Origin: Chiloscyllium plagiosum
Taxonomy: Eukaryota
NCBI RefSeq assembly: GCF_004010195.1
Contig: NC_057749.1
Location: 7,399,416-7,463,415 of the forward strand
DNA: 64,000 nt
Direction of reading: 5' to 3'
Shown piece after piece: positions 1 through 12,299 of the stretch. The translations under genes and the position numbers were made by a program. Position 1 is the first letter of the stretch, and every line of letters starts with the position of its first letter. A model generated the notes under the pieces. The model did not search any database and had not been told where the DNA came from. It was given only the letters and a program-made list of their open reading frames with translations.

Positions 1-499
1 ATTGCATTGCCAATGTGTAGCAATGGTTGTCCCACGTTATTGCCCGCTATAAACAACTTGCACTTATACAGCAGTTTTTTGATTAGGATAATAAAACATC
101 CCAAATATGCTTCAAAGGAGATTTACCAAATTTAAAAAAAAAACCTTGGTGCCACACAATGAGATATTATGCCAGAAATCAAGAGGAAGATTTCTTAAAG
201 AAACCCTTTAAGAAGCTGTGAGGTTGAGAGATGGAGAGGTTTAGGGAGGCAGTTTAGACCTCAGGACCCAAGTAACTGGATGTAGAGCTTCCAATTAAGT
301 TGGAGGGTGGAAGAGACCATTAAGACAGAGATGTGAAAACCTGGAAAAGAATTTTAAAAATTAAGAATGGAAATTAATCTCTGTGTGAAAACAAAAGGGT
401 GTTAGAATCATTGACCTTGGTGTGACATGGTCTAATTTGGAAGACGTGATTCTACTCCTGTTGAAAGAATTGTACTACATAGCCAGCAATGAAATTAGT

Positions 500-700
500 T
501 TAATCAACCTGTTCAATCATATCAAGACATATCAGGTCAGGTGAACCGGGATCTTCTAGCCTAGAGATATGGATATTACCACTGTGCCACATAAACACCA
601 TATCTGTTCAACTGTGTTATTACACATCTCTGGAGCAGATTAGGATTTGAACTTGCGCCCCTGGCTCAGAGGTAAGGACACTACCATTGTAAGAGCCCTT
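500..700 (-). mobile_element. Two tandem copies of a short (~110-130 bp) tRNA-derived SINE (family D)
   Basis: Reverse complement matches copies at 8765, 29540, 47737 and 48795 (gtggtagtgtccctacctctgagccagga...gttcaagtccc...ctgaacaggttga). A/B-box-like head. Confidence 0.65.
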
Positions 701-1431
701 ACAGCAGGGAATAAACAATTGCGTAAGCCAATAAGTGTTGTGTGCAGCTTTAAGTGCCACAGGGGGTCCATTTATGGTAAATAAGAAGAAATTGGATACC
801 AGTGATTCTATGATTTTAAACGGGAGAAACGAAATATATCATCAATGGTTGTCACATCATGGTGCAGATGGGATAATGAAGCAACAACTAATGTCAGAGA
901 ATGAAACTTTTCTGTCAAGGTAATTACATTTTGAAATGGCAGTGGCATTAAATTATTAAATTCCATAACATTTTCCTTTTATGCCACTCTAACCTTTTAG
1001 ATACGCTCCACATTTCATTATCTTTTTATATCAGCAATCAATATATTCAGTTGCAGTTGGTAGCAGAGAAGGGTTCGTTGCAACACAGGAGCTTGTGAGA
1101 AACTTCAAAGTCCAAGGTATCATTCTCATGGTGAAGTGCAGAAATTAAGCTGAAGTCAATTGCCACCCAGTTTAGAAATAAGTGACTGAATCATGCTAGA
1201 AATCGGCTAAGTATCAATTTTGGCAAGTTTCACACCAGGAGGCCATACGAGTTTTGTCACACTATCTTTCTGAACTTACCTCAATGCCTGAGCACAATGC
1301 GCCACACACCCTGGTGGAAGTACTGGGCACTGCCGGGATAACCCTGAATCCTTGGCACCGGAACTATACTTTGAAGGCAGTTGTGCACCCCTTCCAGAGC
1401 TGCATTGCACAGTTTGTGCTGTTTGCCCAGG

Positions 1432-1640
1432 ACACAGTGGATAAGGGAAAACTGGCACCATGCTTTGAGGGCAGGACCTCGAAGGTTCTGATGGATGGGT
1501 TGGTGCAGAAGAAAGTCATCTTCATGTCACAACACTGGCAGAGGGTACCATGATGCTGGGCTTTGCTACCCAGTGCAGTGTCCTGAAAACGCTCAACAAT
1601 ATAAGAAGGTTTATGATCTTATTCACTCTTTGAGTGTAAG
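1432..1640 (+). pseudogene. Decayed Myb/SANT-like (trihelix) DNA-binding ORF remnant, probably from a PIF/Harbinger transposon
   Basis: Translates across a stop and frameshift as KGKLAPCFEGRTSKVLMDGLVQKKVIF...SAVS...NAQQYKKVYDLIHS, resembling the APRF..DLEVL...QCRKKxNDL Myb/SANT pattern as I recall it. Followed by a gtaagt donor-like site. Confidence 0.5.
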
Positions 1641-3080
1641 TTCCCATCATCACCTCTCTGCTAGCAAGGCTCAAGGTCCAGCAACCTCACTATTGTATGC
1701 AATGTCTTCCATCATTTGTGCTCATCCACTCCCTCCATCCAGACTACAAACCTGCATGCCCTCTGCACTTCATATTCACTCCCTTGGGCTACTTTACCGC
1801 CCTTCTGATTAGTGCATCACTTTCTGCGGTGTGCCAACCACTTTCATCTTACTCAGTGTCACCTTGAAATGAAAGATGTCAGAGTGCTCCAAAGTGCAAC
1901 AGAGAAGAGCAGAACTATACTGTCATGAGTCAGGGGTATGTCATAGGACTGCAGAGAGACTGGTGCACGTTGGATACCAGTTCTGGGAAGAGGGCTGGTA
2001 ACTGCCCCTGGAGTGGGCCCTGAGTTGTTGGTGAATGTTGTCCAGGATGGAATCTGGAAGACCAAAAAGCCAATTAGCGTTGCCAGATTATCACTTAGGA
2101 TGGTGATACAAGGAACTGTCCCCATCTAGTTTCTATCCAGTGGACAGGAGACTGAGAAACTGCACATGATGAGGTATGAATACATGCTAATACAAGTAGA
2201 CCTCTCACCACTGACTAGTGAGAATCTTTTCTTGCAGCTCAACACTTACCTGAAAAATGGGACATTCTGCCCTTGATGACAAGAAACTCCATCTCGTGTG
2301 ATTTTCCCAACACCCATACCTTTCAGCCCATGGGAAGATTCTGCTTTAAACATATGCTGCTGGAACAGGACAGGAAAATGTTTTGGACAATTTCAGAGCA
2401 CTGCAGTCTTCAAGTCCTGGGAATGATTGAGATGGAGTTGCCATGACTCAACATATTGATGAGGCAAGGAGGAACATGCAAGATTGTATACAGGCAGCAA
2501 AGGATGTGCTCATGTCCTGTGTTTTGAATTGAGGGACACTAGGTCAGGCAATGCCATCATTTCTGCTAGGGTGCTCAAGGCTAGCTCAAGATGAGACGAA
2601 GGGTGATGCAGTCTGCACTCCTCCGCAAGGTTGTGCTTTCATCCCAAATCCAAACAAGCATTTTGAACTTCAGCCTTGTCACCTTTTCAATCACTGCTCT
2701 CATTTCAAGAGAGATTGGCAACTGGCTCCATTTCTATTTCTGACTCAGAGGGCTCTGGATTCAATTGCATATGTGCAGAAGGATTATTAGCTTGGAGTTT
2801 GCAAATAGCATCGATATTGAAGATCCAAGCCCCCACTGCCAATGAACCATAATTTCGTAAAGCCTGCTATTTCCATTGTTATACATTTGAAACAAGGCTA
2901 AAACAACAAGATCTTTCAAAGCAATGTTATTCACTCGCAGGGTGATTGCCCAAGATTACTCACCCTGCTCCTCCTCAATCTTTTTGTTGCAATGAGCAGC
3001 TTGGAAGCGGTTGACTGAAATTTGGCCAGGTTTCAGATCAATACGATCAAAAAGTCAGGTTTAAATTTCAACAAATGGTT

Positions 3081-3385
3081 GGAGCTAAAATAAAATCAGT
3101 TCAGCTGCTGTTGGTAGCCAAGTGAAAAGTCAAACTTCCCAATCGTTCAATGCGACAGGCTTCGGATTTCTTTACCAAAAAAACTGTTTCTGTTCCACAA
3201 GAAATCTAAAGGAGACAAAAGGCAAGTTTTGCTGGAGCTAAAATAAAATTAGTTCAGCTGCTATTGTTGGCCAAGTGAAAAGTCAAACTTCCCAATCATT
3301 TAATGCCGCAGGCTTCGGATTTCTTTACAAAAAAATTGTTTCTGTTCCATAAGAAATCTAAAGGAGACGCAACACAAGTTTTGCT
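3081..3385. repeat. Head-to-tail tandem duplication, 2 x ~153 bp
   Basis: Unit 1 is 3081-3233 and unit 2 is 3234-3385 (ggagctaaaataaaat...caagttttgct). About 15 differences by manual alignment. Confidence 0.95.
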
Positions 3386-3629
3386 TTCACCTCCACTATT
3401 GGCACCGGTTGGGGCTATAAAGGTTCTGACTAATGTTTCAGCTCAATAGACCCGAGTCAATACAGAACGGGAGCTCATTCATTCATCTGATGCCAATTCT
3501 GATGTCACTGTCTGTGTGGCTTTTATAGAGACAGCTTGATGAACAAATAGCACTTAGGATGAAACTTATGGAGATTGAATCTTATACTTCCCTCTTGCTT
3601 TTGTATCCAGTTTGTTCTTTTCTTAAAAT

Positions 3630-4335
3630 AAATTCATCCTTGGGCCAGTATTTATTGCCCATCCTTTTTTGCTCTTGACAAGGTGGTGGTGAGCTGCCTT
3701 CTTGAATAGGTGCAATCTACTTGGCACAGGTAGACCCACATGCCATTACAGAGCGAGTTCCAAGTATCCAACCCAGTGACAGTGAAGGAACAGTGATATG
3801 TTTCCAAGACAGGATGCTGAGTGGCTTGGAGGGGAACTTCCATGTGATGTATCTGCTGCTTTTGTCCTCCTAAAGGGAAGTGATCATGGGTTTAGAAGGT
3901 GCTGTCTAAGGATTGCTGGTGAATTCCTGCACTGCATCTCATAAATGAAACAATACTACTGCTGAGCTGTATTGGCGGTGCAGGGACTAGATGTTTGTGG
4001 ATATGGTGCCAATCAAGCAGACTGCTTTGTCCTGGATGGCGTTGAGCTTCTTGAGTGTTGTTGGGGCTGCACTCATCCAGGCAAGAGTATTCCATCACTC
4101 TCCTGCATGTGCTGTGTAGATGGTGGACAGAGATCACGTAATCTGGAGGTGAACTAATCCCCGCCGGCTACCTTGACTCTGATCTAGTTTTGCAGCCACT
4201 CTACTAAAATTAACGAGTTGGACTGAAAGGGTCTGTTTCCATGCTGTACATCTCTATGATTCTAAATGGCTAGAGCTAATAAGTTTATGGTGAATGGTAA
4301 TCCCCCAGATGTTGGTAGTGGGACTTTCAGCCTTT
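3630..4335 (-). mobile_element. L2/Crack-like LINE 3' fragment (a CR1 3' tip is inserted at ~4215-4265)
   Basis: Minus-strand RT C-terminal remnant (VMEYS...W...TLKKL..IQDKA) and gggcaataaat tail shared with copies at 11585, 30310 and 51185. Confidence 0.75.
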
Positions 4336-4389
4336 AGTAATGCCAATTGAAAGCCAAGGATTATTCCCAACTAATTAAACAACACATGG

Positions 4390-4743
4390 AGTCATAGACT
4401 TGTAGAAATGTACAGCGCAGAAACAGACTGTTGGTTCAACTTGTCCATGCCGACCAGAGATCCTAAATTAATCCTGTCCCATTTACCAGCACTTAGCCCA
4501 TATCCCTCTGAACCCTTCCTATTCATATACCCATCCAGATGCCTTTTAAATGCTGTAATTGTACCAGCCTCCACTACTTCCTCTGGCAGCTCATTCCATG
4601 CACGCACCACCCTCTGTGTGAAGAAGTTGCTCCTTAGCTCCCTTTTAAATCTTTCCCCACTCACCCTAAACCTATGCCCTCTGTTTCTGGACCCTCCCAT
4701 CCCAGGGAAAAGACCTTGTCTGTTTATCCATGCCCCTCATGAT
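4390..4743 (-). mobile_element. HER1/CR1 LINE 3' end
   Basis: ORF2 C-terminus FFTQRVVRAWNELPEEVVEAGTITAFKRHLD and ctatga-type tail. Confidence 0.9.
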
Positions 4744-6059
4744 TTCATTTCTTTCCCAGGATCACCAAACTCCTCTCTCATTGACTCCAAAAAGAAACAT
4801 GACTTTCTCCGTTCAACCTCAGAATGGCTCTGAAATGGAAACTAAGCCTGTTGGCACTTCAGCATTGTGATCTCGGGGTACTGGAGACTGCAACTCCCTA
4901 CCCCACAGCACAGTGGGTGAATGGATACAGGAAAGACTGCCGGGTTCAAGGTGGATCACCACCACCTCAAGGCCAATCAGAGAGACTGCAACAATTCTGG
5001 CATTGCCAGCAATTCCCACAACCCAAGCACAAAAGGAAAACACATTTAAGTGAAGCACTTTTACAGTTTTGTGGTAAGGGCTGGAGATTTGCAAGGATGA
5101 GGTTACTCCCCTGCTCATATAAGAAGCAGAGACAAGCAAAGGAGGACTTTCAAGACCAGGGAAACTATTGCATCCATGAAGGGAATCCAGAAGAGTGCGG
5201 CAAAAATAAGGAACTCATTTCCAGTTTATGACTCTGAAAGCATGAATAACACCCTGATTCAAATCTGTATTTTCCCCACGCAGTGTGTCTGATAAACACT
5301 GATGTAATGACATTTATTTTAGGATATAGATAAACATCATTACATAATATATAATTATATAGTGATAATGCAATTAGTGTTCACACACAGAGATTGTAAT
5401 CATCTTTAATGAATCCCTGTTGTGAACATTGCAATGGGTTGGGACTGGACAAAATGTGATATGGACTCCAGAAGATTACAAAGCCAGGCTCAATACAGAA
5501 GTCTCAGATTCCCTGTTGCAACAAAATTTAAGTCTTTATCGAACAACAGTAACAGAAAGCAGCATCTTAAAATCTGGTGTCGGCTGAATTAACGAATGGG
5601 GGAGGTCTCACTACCTCTCCCCCACAAACTTCTGTCATTGGCATGCGGCGCGAGTTACAGGCCACCATGGAAACCATAGCAGTTGAGCGTGGAGTGGGCT
5701 TCGAGTGTTAGACCAGACTAAAAATAGAGCCCTGTTAAAAAGGGAGAATGTGTCAATTGCTACGAATTGCAGACTGCAAAAATCAGAAGGAATTTTATAT
5801 GTGTATGTTTATCAGAAAAAAAATCCAATGACCTGTATCCTGCAGTAGATCATTTCCCATTATTCCAATTAGCACCTCTTACAAGCTGTTTGGAAATCAG
5901 AGAGATGAATAACTTGTAATACAACAGGCAAACAGTTCATCAGCCTTTCCTTCAAACTGTTTAAAAATGCATTACACTCCATGCTGCTACAAACTGTTAA
6001 TCTTCATTTTTATTCTGGAATGTCTGTTTTTATCAGTATTTTGTTTTGCTTCATTTAAC

Positions 6060-6458
6060 ACTCAGTCCACTCGTCCATCTACTTCGGAGACCCTCTCCAA
6101 AGACTTTGAGCACAGAATCCAGCTTGCTTCTTGCAGTGCAGAGTTGAGGGAGTGCTGCACTGTTGGCAGTTTAAGCTTTAGGCTGAGGTTTGAACTGCCC
6201 TCTCATGCAGACGTGAAAGAAATCACGTGGCACTCTTTCGAAGATCAGGCTAGTTTCCCTCCAGTGTTTTGATCCATAATTAGCCTTCCATCAGAAGATG
6301 ACGTGGCCATTATTACATTGCTACTGGTGGGAGCCTGCTGTATACACACTGTCTACATTCCAGCACTGACTATATTTCAAGACGTAGTTGCTTGTGAAGA
6401 ACCTTTGAAGCGTCTTGAGGTTTTGAAAGGTGCTATATAAAAGCAAGTCTTTCTTTTC
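6060..6458 (+). mobile_element. DeuSINE (SacSINE1-like), old copy
   Basis: Deu-domain-like gagggagtgctgcactgttgg...atcacgtggcactctttcgaaga and tail gaaaggtgctatataaaagcaagtctttc. Confidence 0.7.
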
Positions 6459-7346
6459 TATGCCACTGTTTAATTCAAGTTTATTGGGATCACATCTGCT
6501 TCAGGTTTATGCAGAAACAGTTGAACGCTGAATCAATATTAAAAATTAAAAATAGACCACAAATAAAATGCATCACTTAACATTCAGCCTACGCAGTGCA
6601 ACATAAGGCAATACGGTCATGCCAATTAATTTGCCGTTTGGCAAGAGGCTCAACAGTTGGACAAAAAGGACCACAGTCATTTCAAGTGTGCTCTGATAGA
6701 TCCGTAATCAATTTCTGCTTCTGTACATCTTCACACAGCAAGGCACAGCAGTCCACTGCTCATTCTGCAGGAGCTAGTCTCTCTTAAGAAGTGAAATTAC
6801 ATCAGTGCCAGTCTCTGTTTCTCTGACCAGAGATACTGGCGGCTAGTCAGCTCTTGATAAATAATGCACGCCACTTGAGGATTCAACCTGCTAACAAACA
6901 TGGCAATATCCATTATTCAAATCAACCGTTGACTTGTATTTCACTGGAACTGTAACATAACGTTTCACTAATGAGACGACCTTTGACAGAAGACAAACCT
7001 AATTGGAGGTGAGTTAAGTTTAGGGAAGGTCACTCCAAATCGTGGAACTATGCTCAAAGTCATTGAGAGGCTGAAGAAATTAACCTAGATACTGGCCATG
7101 CAGAGAGCACACAGAAATCTGAGCTATCTGTAACCAGCTCCTTCTCTTTCTCTCTGTCTTCCGGGTAAATTTATGTGATCAAGGCCCCTGCATGCTAGTG
7201 CTCTGCTCGTTCTTGCTGCAGAGTGAGATCACCCATCCACTGGGAATGGACATTTGCACACAACATTGCGTCTTCACCTGCGTTGCTAAAAGGTTGCAGA
7301 ATAACTCATCCCACCACAGCTTCACTGCACAGAGACATGAGAGGAG

Positions 7347-7965
7347 CTGGTGGTGATATGAGGATGTCACTGGACTGACTAACCAGGGACTCGGGCTCAT
7401 ACTCATTGCAACAGTTGGCTAAATTCAAATTCAATGAATTAATCCATTCAATGAATAAAAGCTTGGAAACGAAACCTAGTCTCAGTAATGGTGACCGTGA
7501 ACTATCATCGGTTGGTGTACCATTTGGATCATTTTAGGGCAGGAAATCTGCCAACCTAATCTACATGTGGCACGGCGGCTCAATGGTTAGCACTGCTGCC
7601 TCACAGCGCTCGGGACCTGGGTTCAATTCCTGCCTCAGGCGACTGTCTGTGTGGGTTTCCTCTGGGTGCTCTGGTTTCCTCCCACAATCCAAAGATGTGT
7701 GGGTCAGGTGAATTGGCCATGCTAAATTGCCCATAGTGTCAGATGCATTAGTCAGGGGTAAGTAGGGGAATGGGTCTGGGTGGGTTACTCTTCAGAGGGT
7801 TGGTGTGGGTACTCTAATCTAAAACATGACTCCAGACACATTGCAATTGGGTTGACTCTTAATTGCCTTCTGAAATGGCCCATCAAGCCATTCAGTTCAC
7901 CATCTATTAGAGCTGGGTTATAAATACTGAGCATTAAGTAATACCGAGATCCCATTAAATGTTAA
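7347..7965 (+). mobile_element. tRNA-derived SINE with L2-type tail (family B), interrupted by an HE1 SINE
   Basis: Matches family B consensus on both sides of the HE1 insert; acatg is repeated at the junctions. Confidence 0.7.
7567..7822 (+). mobile_element. HE1-type V-SINE
   Basis: tRNA head (tggttagcactgctgcctcacagcg...ggttcaattcc), V-domain gtgggtttcctctgggtgctctggtttcctcccaca, CR1-like tail. Confidence 0.9.
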
Positions 7966-8094
7966 AAAGTATTTTTTGCTGAAAACTAATTGCTACAGAC
8001 TTTAAGTTATTCATGTTCGGCACAAAGAAGAAAGGCACAATTTTAACTGGGTACTATACAAACGCAAGTTGTGGCTTAATTAGGATTGGAAATT

Positions 8095-8690
8095 AATGTT
8101 TAGGCATAAACATTGAGTATAGGACTTGGGACATCATGTTGAGGTTGAACAGGGCATTGGTGAGGGCTCTGCTGGAGTACTGTATATGGTTCTGATCACC
8201 CTGTTACAGCAATATTATTAAACTGTAGAGGGTTCGGTGGAGATTTACCAGGATGTGGCTGGGAATGGAAGGTTTGAGTTATAAAGAAAGGCTGGATAAG
8301 CTGGGATTTTATTTACTGGACCACAGGAGGCTGAGTGACAACGTTATGGAGATTTCAAAAATCGTGATAGACACAATTACCATTAACCCTATTTATATTT
8401 TCCCTAGGATGGGGGATTTCAGGAGTGGGGGAATATTTTTAAGGTGAGAAGAGAGAGATTTTAAAAAAGACGTGAGGGTCAAATATTTTACACAGAGAGT
8501 GGTTCGTGAGGAAGTGGTGGACACAGGTACAGTTACAATGTTTAAAAGACATTTGGATAAATTCCGGAGTAGAAAAGGTTTGGAGGGATAGGGGCCCGGA
8601 ACAGGCAGGTGGGACTAGTTTAGTTTGTGATTATGTTCAGCATGGACTGGTTGGACCAAAGAGTCTGTTTCCATGCTGTATAACTGTATA
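8095..8690 (+). mobile_element. HER1/CR1 LINE 3' fragment
   Basis: GMEGLSYKERLDKLG.. remnant and 3' UTR ...gtctgtttccatgctgtataact. Confidence 0.85.
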
Positions 8691-8844
8691 AGGAGCTGGT
8701 TGTTAAATTGAAAGCAAAACTGAAGGTCCTCTAAACAAAGGTGGAAAGCATGTTCTGATTGAGGCAGGCTCTTTTGGTGCATTGGTAGTGTCCTTACCTC
8801 TGAGCTAGGTGACTTAAGTTCAAGTCCCAATTGCTCCAGTCAAC

Positions 8845-8998
8845 TTAGAGAGATATAGAGATGTACAGCACAGAAACAGACCCTTTGATCCAACTCATCC
8901 ATGCCAACCAGATATCCAAAATTAATCTAGTCCCATCTGCCAACACTTGCCCCATATCCCTCTAAACCTTCCTATTCATATACCCATCCAGATGTCTT
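8845..8998 (-). mobile_element. CR1 3' tip nested in a family D SINE (8765-9022)
   Basis: gatgtacagcacagaaacagaccct... matches the CR1 tail; the SINE resumes at tgaacagactaattacaaatatc. Confidence 0.8.
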
Positions 8999-9234
8999 TG
9001 AACAGACTAATTACAAATATCTATTATGATTAGGAGTTTATTTTTAAATCATGCCAAGGCTCTTCTGAAACAGAGAGCATGGCCTGCCCCTTCCTTCCTG
9101 ATGGGGTTTGTTTACCTTTCAGGTAATGTAGCACCTCAGTAGAGATAAACGTGCTCCAAGCTCTTAAAAAGTCTGCATCAACAAGACCATCATCCATTTT
9201 AAGGCCTGGTACAAGTGTGTAAACAAGTTGTATG

Positions 9235-9343
9235 TCATCAGGATTCCTGATGAAGGGCTCCTGCCTGAAACATCGATTTTCCTGATCCTTGGATACTGCC
9301 TGATCTGCTGTGCTTTTCCAGCACCACTCTAATCTTGAAGTCA
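9235..9343 (+). mobile_element. Penelope-like element terminal-repeat fragment (family A) with hammerhead motif
   Basis: ttcctgatgaagggctcctgcctgaaacatcg...ctgctgtgcttttccagcaccac. Starts with the palindrome tcatcagga-t-tcctgatga; gtatgtc is duplicated at 9230 and 9344. Confidence 0.8.
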
Positions 9344-9461
9344 GTATGTCCACCCATTGTGATGTAGGAAGGTTTTAGAAATACAGGAAAGCTGGCATAT
9401 GATGATGCCAAGCCCAGTTAGACAAGAAATGATGACGTCTGGTTACTGCCAGTCTTCAGGA

Positions 9462-9570
9462 CATGCAGCGGGCTGGAAGAACACAGCAAACCAGGTAGCA
9501 TTGGGAGGTGGAGAAGTCGACGTTTCGGGTGTAACCCTTCTTCAGCATCTGCTGTTGTTTTTGTCTCTAA
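9462..9570 (-). mobile_element. Penelope-like fragment with intact hammerhead core (9514-9549)
   Basis: Minus strand reads ctgaaga-a-gggt-tac-accc-gaaac-gtc. Confidence 0.75.
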
Positions 9571-9599
9571 CCAAGTTTCCGGAACACAGCTGAAAACTG

Positions 9600-9835
9600 T
9601 AGCATAGAAACAGACCCTTCAGTCCAACTTGTTCAAGTATCCTAAATTAATCTAGTCCCATTTGCCAGCACTTGGACCAAAATCCCGCAAACTCCTTCCC
9701 ATTTATCTCCCCATCCTTTTAAATGCTGTAATTGTACCAGCCTCCACCACTTCCTCCGGCAGTCCATTCCATAAATGCACCACCCTTTGTGAGAAAATGT
9801 TGCCCCTCAGGTCCTGTTTAAATCTTGCCCCTCTC
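9600..9835 (-). mobile_element. HER1/CR1 LINE 3' fragment
   Basis: Same 3' sequence as 4390-4743. Confidence 0.85.
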
Positions 9836-10021
9836 CTTCAGATGAGAGCTAACATCTTGTTTCAGACAGACAATGACAGGTCTGACAGCTCTATTTGAGT
9901 CACAAAGACTCACCCAACAAATATTCATAGCCTCAATCAAACTGTGGGGTCAAAATCCTAGTATTCCTTCCTGAACAACAGCAATGTCACATGGACTGTG
10001 GTGGTTCAAGACACCAGCTCA

Positions 10022-10333
10022 TGGGCAGCACGGTGGCACACTGGTTAGCACTGCTGCCTCACAGCGCCTGAGACCCGGGTTCAATTCCCGCCTCAGGTGA
10101 CTGTGTGGAGTTTGCACATTCTCCCCGTGTCTGCATGGGTTTCCTCCGGGTGCTCCAGTTTCCTCCCACAATACAAAGATGTGCAGGTCAGGTGAATTGG
10201 CCATGCTAAATTGCCCGTAGTGTTAGGTAATGGGTAAATGTAGGGGTGTGGGTGGGTTGCGCTTCGGCGGGTCGGTGTGGACTTGTTGGGCCGAAGGGCC
10301 TGTTTCCACACTGTAATATAATCTAATCTAATC
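10022..10333 (+). mobile_element. HE1-type V-SINE, young, nested in an L2-like tail
   Basis: Full head, V-domain and (taatc)n tail; many CpGs retained; nearly identical to 17165-17483. Confidence 0.95.
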
Positions 10334-10651
10334 ACCTTCTCAAGGACAACTAGGGATTGTCCAATAAATACAATACCATATCCTATAACAGGATGTTTTT
10401 TTAGCTTCATACGGACATCACAAATTCAGACACACAATTACTTGCACTGGAGAGTAGCACAATTGGTAATGTTTCTGGGTTCAGTAACTGAACCAATTGC
10501 CCAATGGCACAACTCATATGTTGGTAGTTGGGAAACGTAAATAATTACTATGTAGGAAGGTCTTGAATTGCATTCTGGAGCTAAGAGACCAACAGACTAC
10601 CAGATTATCATTGAAATCCAGGTTACTGGTGTATTTTATCAAAGTTAGCAT

Positions 10652-10990
10652 CATAGAAAGCCTGCAGTGTGGAAGCAGGCCATTTGGCCCATTAAGACCA
10701 CACTGGCTCCACCCTACCCCCCAAAAAATATCCCATTCAGACCCATTCCTGCATTTCCCAAGCTTAATCCACCTACCTTGCACATCCCTGGACAATTTAG
10801 CACCGTCAAACCACCTAAACTGCACATCGTTAGATTGTGGGAGGAAACCGGAGCACCCAGTGGAAACCCATGCAGACACGGGGAGAATATGCAAACTGCA
10901 CACAGACAGACAATCACCCGAGGGTGGAAATGAACCCAAATCCCTGGTGCTGCAAGGCAGCAGTGCTAAACCCTGAGCCACCCCATCCGC
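10652..10990 (-). mobile_element. HE1-type V-SINE
   Basis: Reverse complement of HE1 consensus (gtgggaggaaaccggagcaccc...cagcagtgctaa). Confidence 0.9.
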
Positions 10991-11584
10991 CAATGTTATT
11001 TGCTCTGGCCTCGATATGATTCCATGCTCACAATAAGATGGTTGACTATTAATTGCCCTCTGAAATTGCCAAACAAACCACTCAACTACAAGGCAGATCA
11101 CCATTGTTTGGTCAAGGGCAGTTGGAGTAGAGAAGAAGTACTGGCAACACTAGCATCCCCATAAAAAAATAAAGAAGGAAAACATCTGAAGTGGCTCAGC
11201 TAATGGACTTTTATATAATGTCCTTCAGATTCTCATGCCAAGTTAATACTTTGTTGCAAAAATTGTGTCATCTCCGTCAAACCATTGAATGCATGAAATG
11301 TCACAGCACTGCTTCAAAACAGCCGGGAAAATAGCTGCAAATTAATGTTCCTCAAACTGTTAAATTTCCCACATCAAATATTTGTTAAGATGGCTACTTT
11401 GGCAACTGCTGAATAAACTGATTATTTTGTGATAATACAGAAATCTGAATGGGTACATAAACAAGAAAATAAAAATATGGACTAGCGCAGTGTTGTGAGG
11501 GATGTGTGGTTTTCAAATCATAGGCTCGTTCAGAAATTTGTAGATGCAGTCTTCACGAGAAAGTAACAAACAGGACAACTTCCA

Positions 11585-11922
11585 GGCTTCTCGTAAATTC
11601 ACCAAGGCTCCTTTGAATGTACCATCCAAATCCACGCCCATTTCCATCTAGAAGGACAAGGGCAGCTGATACATGAAAACACCATACCCTGCAAGTTCCT
11701 CCACAAGCTGACTACCCTGACTCAGAAATACACCACCATTCCTTCAATGCTAGTGGGGCAAAATCCGGGAAATCCCTCCCTAACAGCATTAAGACTCTAG
11801 CTACAACACAGCCTTGCAGTAGTTCAAGAAGGCAGCTCAACACCACCCTTTTGAGGGCAATTAAGGACAGGCAACAAATTCTGGCCCAGCCAGTGATACT
11901 CACATCTCACAAGTGAATAAAA
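11585..11922 (+). mobile_element. L2/Crack-like LINE 3' end
   Basis: ccatctagaaggacaagggcagc...gagggcaattaaggacaggcaacaaattctggcccagccag. Confidence 0.8.
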
Positions 11923-12130
11923 GCAAGGCCTTTTACATTCACAAAGATAAATACAAATAAGGAGTAAGCGAAGAGTCAGGAAAACTGACTTCAGGCACAG
12001 ACAGAAGAATTAATTTCTGACGAAGCTTTGGTAAGTGGTCGAAGAATAGAATTGGTAATAGTAATTAGCAATGTTAATTGTAATAGACAGTCAGGGAGAG
12101 ATGGTGAGGGTGGATTGTGAGAGGAAGACG

Positions 12131-12245
12131 TGAAAGTGAGGAACTGCAGATGCTTGAGACTAGAGTCAAGAGTGTAATGCTGGAAAAGCACAGCAAGTCA
12201 GGCAGCATCCGAGGATCAGGGGAATCGATGTTTTGGGCACAAGCC
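12131..12245 (-). mobile_element. Penelope-like fragment (family A) with 9-bp TSD
   Basis: aaagtgaggaactgcagatgc...ggcagcatccgagga. aggaagacg occurs at 12122-12130 and 12246-12254. Confidence 0.8.
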
Positions 12246-12299
12246 AGGAAGACGCCATAATGGAGGTTGGAATTGGGGTCCGCGTGCTGCAACAAAAGA

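Noticed and set aside
10022..10095. tRNA-like sequences with A/B boxes (also 17410-17483, 63582-63650 and others)
   Set aside because: These are SINE heads continuous with SINE bodies, not tRNA genes.
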